This document shows positions 38,874-47,932 of a DNA stretch of 64,000 nt, piece after piece. The notes under the pieces are model-generated. The model made no database searches. It had not been told where the DNA came from and saw only the letters and a list, made by a program, of their open reading frames with translations. How positions within the stretch are numbered: the first letter of the stretch is position 1; each line of letters begins with the position of its first letter. Origin of the DNA: an uncultured SAR86 cluster bacterium (GTDB lineage Bacteria > Pseudomonadota > Gammaproteobacteria > Magnimaribacterales > D2472). The stretch is taken from the NCBI GenBank assembly GCA_902513515.1, contig CABXNE010000001.1:41102-105101 (forward strand), in the 5' to 3' direction. The position numbers were made by a program, and so were the translations under genes.

Positions 38874-40559
38874 ATGATACTTACTAACAAAGATAGAATT
38901 GAAGATTATATAAATAAAGGATGGTGGGGTGAAGATACATTATATTCTTTATTTCAAGAGGCTATAGTTTTATGCGGCGATCAAGAAGCCCTTGTTGACC
39001 CAGAAAATCGCAAAACAATTACAGGTGATGCTCCAAAGAGGCTATCTTTTAACGAGATCAATGTAACTGTTGAGAGATATGCAACTATTTTTTATGAGCA
39101 GGGGCTCAGAAAGGACGATATCGTTATCATACAATTACCAAATGTTGTAGAACTACCAATAGTCTATTTAGCACTATCAAAACTTGGAATAGTTTGCTCT
39201 CCGATTCCAATGCAATATGGTGCATTTGAGATTACTAGCATTATCAATGAGACCAATCCAAGGGCCTTTGTTAGTATTTCAAAATTCAGCGATAAGGCTC
39301 ACGCCAAGCAATTTTCTTCGTTATTTACTAAAGATGAAATTAAATTTTCATTAGGTGCAGTCGATGGTTTTGTTGATCTAAATACATCAAATCCTTCAAG
39401 CGAACTCATGGAAAGTCAGCAATTGTATGCAAAGGATAACCCCATCACAGCAGATGATATTTTTACCATTTGCTGGACTTCAGGAACTACTGGTACTCCA
39501 AAAGGTGTTCCGCGCAGTCACAACCTTTGGTTGCCAATGGCTAAAGCTGCTGCATTTGTATCAGAAACTGAGCAGGGTGATACATTACTCAACCCTTTTC
39601 CAATGATTAATATGGCAAGCATCGGAGGATTCTTGTTTAACTGGTTACTATGCAAGGGAAAGCTTGTTCAACATCATCCTTTTGATCTCAATGTTTTCCT
39701 GACTCAAATTTCTAGCGAGAACATTAAATACACAATTGCACCTCCTGCAATCATGAATATGCTACTTAATAATCCAGCCATCCTTGATCAACAGAATTTG
39801 AGCAGCTTGAGATGCATAGGATGTGGAGGGGCGCCGCTCTCAGAGTGGATGGTTGAAACCTTTCAAAATAAATATGATCTAACAGTTCAAAATATTTTTG
39901 GATCTAATGAGGGGGCAACGTTGCTCAGTGCTCGAAATGAAATTGAGGACCCAAACTTAAGAGCGAAATATTTCCCTCGTTTTGGAGTAGATGGACTGGA
40001 TTGGAGCAATCCAGTTTCAAGGTTGGTAAAAACAAAATTAGTTAGTGTTGAGACTAATGAGGAAATACTAGAGCCAGAGCAGCCTGGCGAACTTCTTATT
40101 TCTGGTGCAACTGTTTTTGATGGTTATTGGAATGCTCCTGAGGCAAACGCAGAAGTTTTCGATGAAGATGGCTATTTCAGGACTGGGGATTTATTTGAGA
40201 TTTCTCCAGATGACACGGAAAAAAGATATTATAAATTTTGCGGCAGATGCAAAGATCTTATTATTAGGGGTGGAATGAATATTTCTCCAGAGGAGTTAGA
40301 CAGCCTTCTTAGCTCGCATCCAAAAATGTTAGAGGTCGCTGTAACTGGTTATGATGATGAAATTTTGGGAGAAAAAGTAGGAGTTGTTGCAGTAGTTGTT
40401 GAAGGCGAAACATTAACTTTAGATGAAGTCATTGAATTTTTAAAAGATAAGCAAATTGCAAAATATAAAATGCCTGAGGACTTGAGGGTTATAGATGTAT
40501 TACCAAAAAATCCTGTGGGTAAAGTTTTAAGACGCGAACTAAAAGATTTATTTAATTAA
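38874..40559 (+). CDS. AMP-dependent synthetase/ligase (acyl-CoA synthetase, ANL superfamily)
   Basis: 561 aa. A3 motif WTSGTTGTPKGV, A5 GSNEG, A8 FRTGD..RCKDLIIRGGMNISP, A10 PKNPVGKVLR. Confidence 0.85.
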   Translation: MILTNKDRIEDYINKGWWGEDTLYSLFQEAIVLCGDQEALVDPENRKTITGDAPKRLSFNEINVTVERYATIFYEQGLRKDDIVIIQLPNVVELPIVYLALSKLGIVCSPIPMQYGAFEITSIINETNPRAFVSISKFSDKAHAKQFSSLFTKDEIKFSLGAVDGFVDLNTSNPSSELMESQQLYAKDNPITADDIFTICWTSGTTGTPKGVPRSHNLWLPMAKAAAFVSETEQGDTLLNPFPMINMASIGGFLFNWLLCKGKLVQHHPFDLNVFLTQISSENIKYTIAPPAIMNMLLNNPAILDQQNLSSLRCIGCGGAPLSEWMVETFQNKYDLTVQNIFGSNEGATLLSARNEIEDPNLRAKYFPRFGVDGLDWSNPVSRLVKTKLVSVETNEEILEPEQPGELLISGATVFDGYWNAPEANAEVFDEDGYFRTGDLFEISPDDTEKRYYKFCGRCKDLIIRGGMNISPEELDSLLSSHPKMLEVAVTGYDDEILGEKVGVVAVVVEGETLTLDEVIEFLKDKQIAKYKMPEDLRVIDVLPKNPVGKVLRRELKDLFN

Positions 40560-41791
40560 GCAGTTCCAACAACAAAACTAACAACCGTTGTAGCACTACC
40601 GCCGATATTTAAGGTTGATATGTTTTTTGCGTTTTCAATTTGGTAGTCACCAGCACTATTAGTACATTGTTTATAGCAATCAAGTAGCATTCTGACACCT
40701 GTCGCACCCACCGGATGCCCTAAACCTATTAGACCGCCACTTGCATTAATTGGAATCTTTCCACCAATCTCTATTTCACCTAATTCAATAGCTTTCCAGC
40801 TTTCTCCAGGCTTTGTAATACCAAAATGATCAATCGCCATGTATTCGGTTGATGTAAAGCAGTCATGAGTTTCAATGCCATCAATGTCTGTTACCCCCTT
40901 CATCCCTGCTCTTGAAAAAGCGTCGTCAATAGCCCTTTTTACATGCGGAAAGACGTAATCTTTTTCCTGACTAAAATCGATTTTTTCTTGATATGTAATT
41001 GGACCAGTTTTATGACCCCAGCCTTTGATATAAGGAATTGATTTAATATCTATTGATCTTGCTTTTGCATATTCTTTAGCTTTTTTTTCACTTGCTAAGA
41101 AGATAATAGCTGCACCGTCAGTTACCTGACCACAATCCATTTTTCTGGTCCGACCTTCAATTACAGGGTTTGCGTTATCTGATCTTGTAAAAGTATCTGA
41201 TTCAAAAGTCCATCCTCTAGTTTGAGAGTTTGGATTTTTCTTAGCATTGGCAAAGTTAATTTCTGAAATTTTCGAGAGATGATCTTCATTGATGCCATAT
41301 CTTTTATCATATTCATTAGTAAGCTCACTGAACATATGAGGCCATGGGTATTGCACACCTTGGCATTCAAAACCAGATCGCATTGCAGGGCCCCCAATAT
41401 TTTGAGCGGCCTGTTCTCCTGAAACATTTCTCATTTGTTCAATTCCCAATACTGCAGCTAGTTCGTATCTGCCTGATTCAATTTCAGCGCATGCTGCTAA
41501 CGTTGCAATGCTCCCTGAAGCGCAAGCTGCCTCATGTCTTGAGGAAGGCAGTCCAAAAAAATCTGGATGAGAAGAGACAAAAAAACCACCCAAATGACCT
41601 TGGTTACAAAATAATTCAGCTGTGAAATTGCCAACATGGGCAACATCAATATCTTGAGGTTCCAAATCAACAGATGTTAATCCTTGATGGATTGTTTCTT
41701 GGAATACATCCAAAAGATCCAATTCATTTCTATGCCAATTTTGGGCAAAGTCAGATTGATAGCCCCCCAAAATGTAAACTCGTTCTTGCAT
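40556..41791 (-). CDS. SCP2/SCPx-type thiolase
   Basis: 411 aa. Nucleophile Cys in EAACASGS, an HDCF motif (THDCFTST) in place of NEAF, GGLIGLGHPVGATG. These fingerprints match SCP2-type thiolases. Confidence 0.8.
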   Translation of the reverse strand: MQERVYILGGYQSDFAQNWHRNELDLLDVFQETIHQGLTSVDLEPQDIDVAHVGNFTAELFCNQGHLGGFFVSSHPDFFGLPSSRHEAACASGSIATLAACAEIESGRYELAAVLGIEQMRNVSGEQAAQNIGGPAMRSGFECQGVQYPWPHMFSELTNEYDKRYGINEDHLSKISEINFANAKKNPNSQTRGWTFESDTFTRSDNANPVIEGRTRKMDCGQVTDGAAIIFLASEKKAKEYAKARSIDIKSIPYIKGWGHKTGPITYQEKIDFSQEKDYVFPHVKRAIDDAFSRAGMKGVTDIDGIETHDCFTSTEYMAIDHFGITKPGESWKAIELGEIEIGGKIPINASGGLIGLGHPVGATGVRMLLDCYKQCTNSAGDYQIENAKNISTLNIGGSATTVVSFVVGTA

Positions 41792-41893
41792 TCATTAATT
41801 ATATGCATGATTGCTCAACATTCAAAAGAATAACCTAGGCGAGTAAATATATAAGAGTTGTAATAAACTTAAATAAGGATTTTTACTACGCAT

Positions 41894-42796
41894 ATGCAAA
41901 ATAATAAATTAATCGATCAATTACGATTGCCTGTAATCGTAGCTCCTATGTTTCTAGTTTCTGGACCTGAATTAGTGATAGCCAGCAGCAACGCAGGATT
42001 GGTTGGATCTTTTCCAGGACCTAATGCGAGAACAATTGAGGAGCTTGAGGAGTGGATGGAGCAAATCAGTAGCTCTACATCAAATCCATGGGCATTTAAT
42101 ATGATCACTCACAAGACCTATGATCGATTTTCAGGGGAATTAGACTTAATTAAAAAATTTCAGCCTCAAATTGTAATCACTGCTTTAGGTAGTCCCGAAA
42201 GAGTTATAGATGCAGTGCATGCTTATGGAGGCAAGGTAATAGCTGATGTTAATAATATTAATTTTGCTCGCCGCTGCGCTGAAATGAATGTCGATGGCAT
42301 GGCTCTTATTTGTCATGGAGCAGGGGGCCATACTGGATCTCTCTCCCCATTCTCATTCACAGCATATGTAAGAGAGTTTTTTGATGGGCTTATAGTTTTA
42401 GCTGGCTCAATTTCTACCGGACACCATATTAGAGCAGCTAAATTATTAGGCGCAGATCTTAGTTATATGGGTACAAGGTTTATTTCAGCTAAAGAGAGTA
42501 ATGCAGTTGATGAATATAAATCCATGATTATTAATTCAACTTACGATGATTTAAGAATGACCAACCTTTTTACCGGAGCGGAAGCCTATTATCTAAAAGA
42601 CAGCATCATTAAAAACAATTTAGATCCAGATAATCTGGACTCAAATACTGATGGTTTTAATGTTTCTGCCTCACAAGATAAGATTAAGGCATGGAAAGAC
42701 ATTTGGTCAGCAGGACAGGGCGTTGGTTTAATTAAAAATATAGAAAGCGTAGAATCTATAGTAGAGAAACTTGAATCTGAGTTCTTGCAGGGGTAG
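41894..42796 (+). CDS. Nitronate monooxygenase (NMO/2-nitropropane dioxygenase) family FMN enzyme
   Basis: 300 aa. PVIVAPMFLVSGPELVIASSNAGLVGSF N-terminus and TIM-barrel FMN family pattern (GHTG, GTRF). Confidence 0.8.
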   Translation: MQNNKLIDQLRLPVIVAPMFLVSGPELVIASSNAGLVGSFPGPNARTIEELEEWMEQISSSTSNPWAFNMITHKTYDRFSGELDLIKKFQPQIVITALGSPERVIDAVHAYGGKVIADVNNINFARRCAEMNVDGMALICHGAGGHTGSLSPFSFTAYVREFFDGLIVLAGSISTGHHIRAAKLLGADLSYMGTRFISAKESNAVDEYKSMIINSTYDDLRMTNLFTGAEAYYLKDSIIKNNLDPDNLDSNTDGFNVSASQDKIKAWKDIWSAGQGVGLIKNIESVESIVEKLESEFLQG

Positions 42797-42799
42797 AGC

Positions 42800-44254
42800 A
42801 TGGAAACTAAGAAAACAAATACCGTTCAATCTTCAATTAAAACCCATGATCATCCATATCTGAAGGATGCATGGGTGCCTAATTACGATGAGTATGAAGT
42901 AACTGATTTAAAAGCGCTGGGTGATATTCCTGAGGACATAGAGGGGGCTTACTATAGAAATACTGAAAACCAGGTTCATGAACCTATTGGTCGCTTTCAT
43001 CCTTTTGATGGGGATGGAATGATCCATTCAATTAATTTTGACAATGGCAAAGCAAATTATGTAAATAAATTTATTCGAACCGAAGGATTTTTAGTTGAAC
43101 AGCAAATGGGAAAATCAATGTGGGCTGGTCTCATGGAGAGAACAGGCTCATCTATGCTTCCTGGATGGGGTGCGCAAGGTGGAATTAAAGACTCATCCTC
43201 AACTGATATTATTGTTCATGGAGGAGAGCCGCTTTCAACATTTTATCAATGTGGAGAGGGCTATCAATTAGACCCTTACACATTAGAAACTCAAAATAAA
43301 GCATCATGGGTACCTTCAGGAGGCTTATCAGCCCATCCAAAAGTTGATTTGGCAACAGGCGAACTTTTATTTTTTAATTATTCAAAACATGCCCCATTTT
43401 TAAACTACGGAGTGGTTGATAAAAATAAAAATCTAAATCACTTTATTCCAGTCGAACTGCCTGGTCCAAGACTGCCTCATGACATGGCGTTTAGCAACAA
43501 TTATTCGATTATTAATGATTTACCTCTTTTTTGGGATCAGGAGATGCTTAAGAAAGGAATTCATGCCACAAGATTGCATGACTTGCCTTCAAGATTTGCA
43601 GTGATTCCTAGATATGGAAATCCTGAGGACATCAAGTGGTTTGAAGCTGACCCAACTTATGTACTGCATTGGAATAACGCTTATGAGGTTGGCGATGAGT
43701 TGATATTAGAGGGATATTTTCAAGAACACCCGTGGCCAGAAAACTATGTCGATGCACCACCAGGGCTTGAGCGTATGATGGCTTTTTTAGATTTCTCTCT
43801 GTTAAAACCTAGGCTACATAGATGGAAATTTAACTTAAAAACAGGAGTTACAACTGAAGAAGATATTTGCAATGAAACAATAGAGTTTGGTGTGATCAAT
43901 CAGCGTATTGCAGGCATAGAGCATAGATACACTTATAGTATGGTCCCCACGAAGGGTCATTTCACTTTTGATGGGATCACCAAACATGATCATCAAAAAA
44001 GCTCTTTCAGTAAATATATTTTCCCAGAGCATATTTTTATTAGTGAAGTTAGTTTTGCACCCAAAACAGTTGCAGTTGATGAAGATGATGGTTACTTAGT
44101 AACTATCAGCAATGATGTTAGAGAGAAGACCTCATCCTGTTTGTTATTTGATGCAAAAAATATTGAGCAGGGACCAGTTTGTGACATTCCTTTACCACAC
44201 CAGATATGCTCTGGTACCCATGCTACCTGGGCTCAAAAAAGCGATTTAAAATAG
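42800..44254 (+). CDS. Carotenoid cleavage oxygenase family protein (lignostilbene-alpha,beta-dioxygenase-like)
   Basis: 484 aa. FDGDGMIHS motif. The four Fe-ligand His contexts are present (SAHPKVD, PHDMAFS, LHWNNAYE, GTHATW). Several blocks are colinear with my memory of Sphingomonas lignostilbene dioxygenase (GKS, DPYTLET, FDAKNIEQGP). Confidence 0.85.
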   Translation: METKKTNTVQSSIKTHDHPYLKDAWVPNYDEYEVTDLKALGDIPEDIEGAYYRNTENQVHEPIGRFHPFDGDGMIHSINFDNGKANYVNKFIRTEGFLVEQQMGKSMWAGLMERTGSSMLPGWGAQGGIKDSSSTDIIVHGGEPLSTFYQCGEGYQLDPYTLETQNKASWVPSGGLSAHPKVDLATGELLFFNYSKHAPFLNYGVVDKNKNLNHFIPVELPGPRLPHDMAFSNNYSIINDLPLFWDQEMLKKGIHATRLHDLPSRFAVIPRYGNPEDIKWFEADPTYVLHWNNAYEVGDELILEGYFQEHPWPENYVDAPPGLERMMAFLDFSLLKPRLHRWKFNLKTGVTTEEDICNETIEFGVINQRIAGIEHRYTYSMVPTKGHFTFDGITKHDHQKSSFSKYIFPEHIFISEVSFAPKTVAVDEDDGYLVTISNDVREKTSSCLLFDAKNIEQGPVCDIPLPHQICSGTHATWAQKSDLK

Positions 44255-44261
44255 TAGATTG

Positions 44262-45461
44262 ATGAATCCTGTTTACATTGTTGATTCAATTAGGACGCCT
44301 AGAGCCCGAGCCAATCAGAAAGGTGGGCTGAATAAGTTGAATCCATATGAATTATTGGATTTTTTATATAAGGATATTGAAAAGAAAAATTTCTTAAATT
44401 TAAATTTTATTGATGAGGTGATATTAGGTTGCGTCACTCAGTATGGTGAGCAAGCAGGCAATATTGCGAAAACTTCGACATTATTTTCTGGGTACCCAGA
44501 TTCAATTTCAGGCCTTACTGTGAACAGATTTTGTTCTTCAAGCTTGGATGCAATAAATCTTGGCCATTTAAAAATTCAATCTCAGCAAGCGGATAATATT
44601 ATTGCTGGTGGAGTGGAAATGATGTCTAGGGTGCCCATGCTCTCTGATGAAGCAGCAATTTGGAATGACATCAAGATAGCTGGTCAAGCAAAGATTTTTT
44701 TAATGGGTAGTGGGGCTGACCTGATAGCTAGTCTTTTTAATATCTCTAGAGATGACGTAGATATACAGGCATTAAAATCACAGCAGAATGCCTTAAATGC
44801 TCAAAAAAATAATCACTTTAAGTCTATTATCCCAGTAATCAATAAGGCCAAATCGATTCATTGTGTTGAGGATGAATGCATAAGACCAGATACAAGTATT
44901 GAAAGCTTGGCTTTATTGGACCCAAGTTTTAAAAAACTAGGAGAGCAGGGGATAGATAAAGCGCAGTTAAATCTTTTTCCTGAACTGAAAGAAATTTTAC
45001 ATGTACACACCGCAGGTAATTCTCCTGCAATGGCAGATGCGGCATCCATGACATTGCTATCAAATAAAAAAATTCAGGAAAATGGTAAGAAGGCACGTGC
45101 AAAAATTATTTCCGTTGTAACCGTTAATGATGATCCGTTATTAGTGTTATCAGGCTGTATGTTGGCCACACAAAAAATACTTGAACAAAATAAACTCCAA
45201 GTTGCAGATGTAGATTTATTTGAGATACATGAAGCTTTTGCCTCGACTATGATTCATTGTCAGCAAGAATTAAATATAGACGATGAAAAACTAAACGTTA
45301 ATGGTGGCTGCATTGCTCTTGGTCATCCCATGGGAGCGACTGGTTCCATCATGATGTCGACATTGATTGATGAGCTAGAAAGACAAGATCTAGCTATTGG
45401 TATTGTTGCCACCAGCGGAGCAGCTGGAGCTGGCACAGCTATTTTAATCGAAAGATTGTAG
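44262..45461 (+). CDS. Thiolase-fold acetyl-CoA C-acyltransferase-like protein with variant active site
   Basis: About 399 aa from the ATG at 44262 (the track uses TTG at 44259). Nucleophile Cys in NRFCSSS, HEAF instead of NEAF, NGGCIALGHPMGATG. The C-terminal CxG motif reads S-G-A (ATSGAAGAG). Confidence 0.85.
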   Translation: MNPVYIVDSIRTPRARANQKGGLNKLNPYELLDFLYKDIEKKNFLNLNFIDEVILGCVTQYGEQAGNIAKTSTLFSGYPDSISGLTVNRFCSSSLDAINLGHLKIQSQQADNIIAGGVEMMSRVPMLSDEAAIWNDIKIAGQAKIFLMGSGADLIASLFNISRDDVDIQALKSQQNALNAQKNNHFKSIIPVINKAKSIHCVEDECIRPDTSIESLALLDPSFKKLGEQGIDKAQLNLFPELKEILHVHTAGNSPAMADAASMTLLSNKKIQENGKKARAKIISVVTVNDDPLLVLSGCMLATQKILEQNKLQVADVDLFEIHEAFASTMIHCQQELNIDDEKLNVNGGCIALGHPMGATGSIMMSTLIDELERQDLAIGIVATSGAAGAGTAILIERL

Positions 45462-45463
45462 GC

Positions 45464-45503
45464 AAAAAAAGCCCCGCTATATAGCGGGGCTTTTTGGGTT
45501 TTT
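45464..45503. terminator. Bidirectional Rho-independent terminator between the convergent thiolase and TonB-dependent receptor genes
   Basis: Perfect 8-bp GC-rich stem GCCCCGCT (45471-45478) / AGCGGGGC (45483-45490) with a 4-nt loop. It is flanked by A7 (45464-45470) on one side and TTTTTGGGTTTTT (45491-45503) on the other. Confidence 0.85.
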
Positions 45504-45519
45504 GCTTAACTTAACTAGA

Positions 45520-47808
45520 TTAAAAATTATAATCTAACTTAATAGTGATATTTCTTGGCCGATCATAGATTGCATCATATGCAAGTCCATCTAAGGCTCC
45601 ACCAGAGGCAAGTCTTACAAATGTTCTTGCTAGTGGAATTGTTCCACCAACAACTTTTATTCGTTCGTCTGTTAGGTTATCGCCAATAAGCGATACTCTC
45701 CACCTACCATCTGAACTTTCTAGACCAAGCACTAGACCAACTTTTGAATAACCCCCTTCTTCGATATTTTTATCTAAGTTAGTCGTTATATAGTATTCAG
45801 ATGAATAATCAACATTTAGGTTAGCATCAAAGACCCAGTTATTTGAAAGCACTGTCTCATAGTCAAAACCTATATTTCCTGTATCTTCAGGTGCAAAGAT
45901 TACACTAGCGCCAGACCTGTCACAATAAATACCATTGGTAGGAGCTTCTCCATAAGCGCACTGGCTATTTTTCCAATCAGTAAATTCATAATTGAGGCTT
46001 GCAAGAGACGCATAAAACTCTAAGCCGTCTGAGAGCAGATATCTTCCTTGCATCTCAAATCCATCTAATTCTGCAGCTGAAGCATTTCCCACTTTGAAGC
46101 CTAGAACACCATCAAACACACTTGTTTGCAGGTCATCGTACTCTGTAGTGAAGTAGGTAAAGTCAAATTGGGCTCTATCAGACTTCATCTTGTATCCCCA
46201 TTCGATATTAGTTGCTTCTTCTTCTTCAAATTCCCAGCCACCAGCACTTGAGATAAGTGGTGTACCAGGTACTGAATTACCTCGAATATCAAAGCCTCCA
46301 GCTTTTGAGCCTTCTGTGTATGACACATACATTTGAGAGTCATCCGATAGCTCATAGCTCAATCGAACCATTGGATCAAATGAGTTTTCGCTTCTGCTAC
46401 TAGCAACGTTATGAGGACCAACGTTTAAGACAGCTCCCCATAAAACATTCAGCAAGGGTGAGTTTGCAAGCGCTGTACCTGTTCCATCTAATGTCAGTTT
46501 TCTGCTTCCATCTTTATCTTCACTTGAGTATCTAGCTCCAACAGTTAAGTTCCAGTTACCCTGTAAATTGACATCAGCTTGACCAAACACAGAATACATA
46601 TCAGATGATTGTGCATAAAGCCTGTCCCAATTTGTTCCAACAAGCAAAGAAACTGGAGGACCGGCAAGAGCTAAGAAGGAGCCTAATGGAACATAGTCTG
46701 TGACATCAACATCTGCAGTTTGAAAATAAGCACCAATGATGTAGTCAACATCTTCACCGCCAGCAGAGGTATAACGAATTTCTTGAGACCATTGATCATA
46801 TTTTTCTGTTTGATTTGTTCCATCAAGAATCTCTAAACCAACATAGTCAACATCTAGGACCTCATAGGAATCATATTCAACATGCCCAGTAATTGAGGTT
46901 AATGTACCACCACCATCCATTGGGTAGTTAGCAGTTAACACGAAGTTATCCATTGTATTTTGACTGAAAGTTTCTCCACTAGATCTAACCCAATCTTCAT
47001 TTGTCTCAACGGCAATTGGACCTGCAAAAACAAGACCGTACCCATCTTGAGGAGCTATTGCCTCCATGGCATATCCTACTGAGTCAAAATCAGCTGTTTC
47101 AACCTTAAGATTGTAGTCAACATCACCAGATGTCCAGGCAAGTTGGCCTCTAATATATGTTTCATCTCTTTGCGGTTCCAATCTTTTCATTCGTTGATTG
47201 GTAATCCACCCATCCATTTCTCTAGTTGAAATGGTCAATCTTCCAAGTAAATTGTCAGAAAGTGGCCCTGATAACACTAAGAGTGATTGGGATTCATCAT
47301 GCTCGGATTCATGAGAGGTAGAAAATTTACCCTCAAATTCATCAGTTGGTTTTGCAGAAGTAACACTAACAACACCACCGACGGCATTTTTACCAAATAG
47401 AGTTGGCTGCGGTCCACGTAGTACCTCAACCCTTTGCAAATCAACAAGCGGCGTTCTAGCTAATTGACTTCTAGGATAAGTAATCCCATCAAAGTTCAAT
47501 GGAACAGATTGCTCAAACCCTTTATTGGCTCCAGATCTAACGCCTCTAATAGAAATTGATGTGTCAATTTGAGTTTCAGCAACATAAAAGTTTGGCACGG
47601 ATGCTGAAAGTGATTGAAGATTATCAACACTTCTATCCTCAATAGCCTCACCATCAATGGCAGAAACAGAAATAGGTACATCTTGAAGGCTTTGCTCTCT
47701 TATTTGTGCTGTCACAACAACTTCTTCGAGAGTTTGCGCAAAGGTTGAAGGCGCCACACTAAATAAAATAGCCGCAAAGAGCATATTAAAAAAATTTTTG
47801 GTTAACAT
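45520..47808 (-). CDS. TonB-dependent outer membrane receptor
   Basis: 762 aa. Signal peptide ending TFAQ, TonB-box-like EEVVVTA, plug motifs (VEVLRGPQPTLFGKNAVGGVV), long beta-barrel, C-terminal aromatic (..LDYNF). GGAG Shine-Dalgarno 7 nt upstream. Confidence 0.9.
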   Translation of the reverse strand: MLTKNFFNMLFAAILFSVAPSTFAQTLEEVVVTAQIREQSLQDVPISVSAIDGEAIEDRSVDNLQSLSASVPNFYVAETQIDTSISIRGVRSGANKGFEQSVPLNFDGITYPRSQLARTPLVDLQRVEVLRGPQPTLFGKNAVGGVVSVTSAKPTDEFEGKFSTSHESEHDESQSLLVLSGPLSDNLLGRLTISTREMDGWITNQRMKRLEPQRDETYIRGQLAWTSGDVDYNLKVETADFDSVGYAMEAIAPQDGYGLVFAGPIAVETNEDWVRSSGETFSQNTMDNFVLTANYPMDGGGTLTSITGHVEYDSYEVLDVDYVGLEILDGTNQTEKYDQWSQEIRYTSAGGEDVDYIIGAYFQTADVDVTDYVPLGSFLALAGPPVSLLVGTNWDRLYAQSSDMYSVFGQADVNLQGNWNLTVGARYSSEDKDGSRKLTLDGTGTALANSPLLNVLWGAVLNVGPHNVASSRSENSFDPMVRLSYELSDDSQMYVSYTEGSKAGGFDIRGNSVPGTPLISSAGGWEFEEEEATNIEWGYKMKSDRAQFDFTYFTTEYDDLQTSVFDGVLGFKVGNASAAELDGFEMQGRYLLSDGLEFYASLASLNYEFTDWKNSQCAYGEAPTNGIYCDRSGASVIFAPEDTGNIGFDYETVLSNNWVFDANLNVDYSSEYYITTNLDKNIEEGGYSKVGLVLGLESSDGRWRVSLIGDNLTDERIKVVGGTIPLARTFVRLASGGALDGLAYDAIYDRPRNITIKLDYNF

Positions 47809-47932
47809 ATTTTCTCCATGAAAAAATAAAATATAAAAAGTGCTTTAATGATAACCAAAAAGTTTAGATCTGACTATTTTTTTACTCATAAGTAAATATT
47901 TATTATTTCTTTGCAAGGCATGTTTATAGGCA

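Noticed and set aside
31606-47808. Classical tRNA-integrated genomic island or integrative element downstream of tRNA(CAU).
   Set aside because: There is no integrase, excisionase, transposase or conjugation gene in the block. I found no copy of the GC-rich tRNA 3' end (..GGTTCGAGTCCTCCCGGGCCCACCA) at the far boundary by eye. Base composition looks like the rest of the window. I treat it as a flexible chromosomal region, not a demonstrable mobile element. A computed repeat search would be needed to be sure.
47809-47932. Riboswitch or other leader upstream of the TonB-dependent receptor (for example a cobalamin riboswitch).
   Set aside because: Only 124 nt are available, the region is very AT-rich, and I could see no conserved riboswitch core or stable stem. 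It is more likely just promoter plus Shine-Dalgarno (GGAG).
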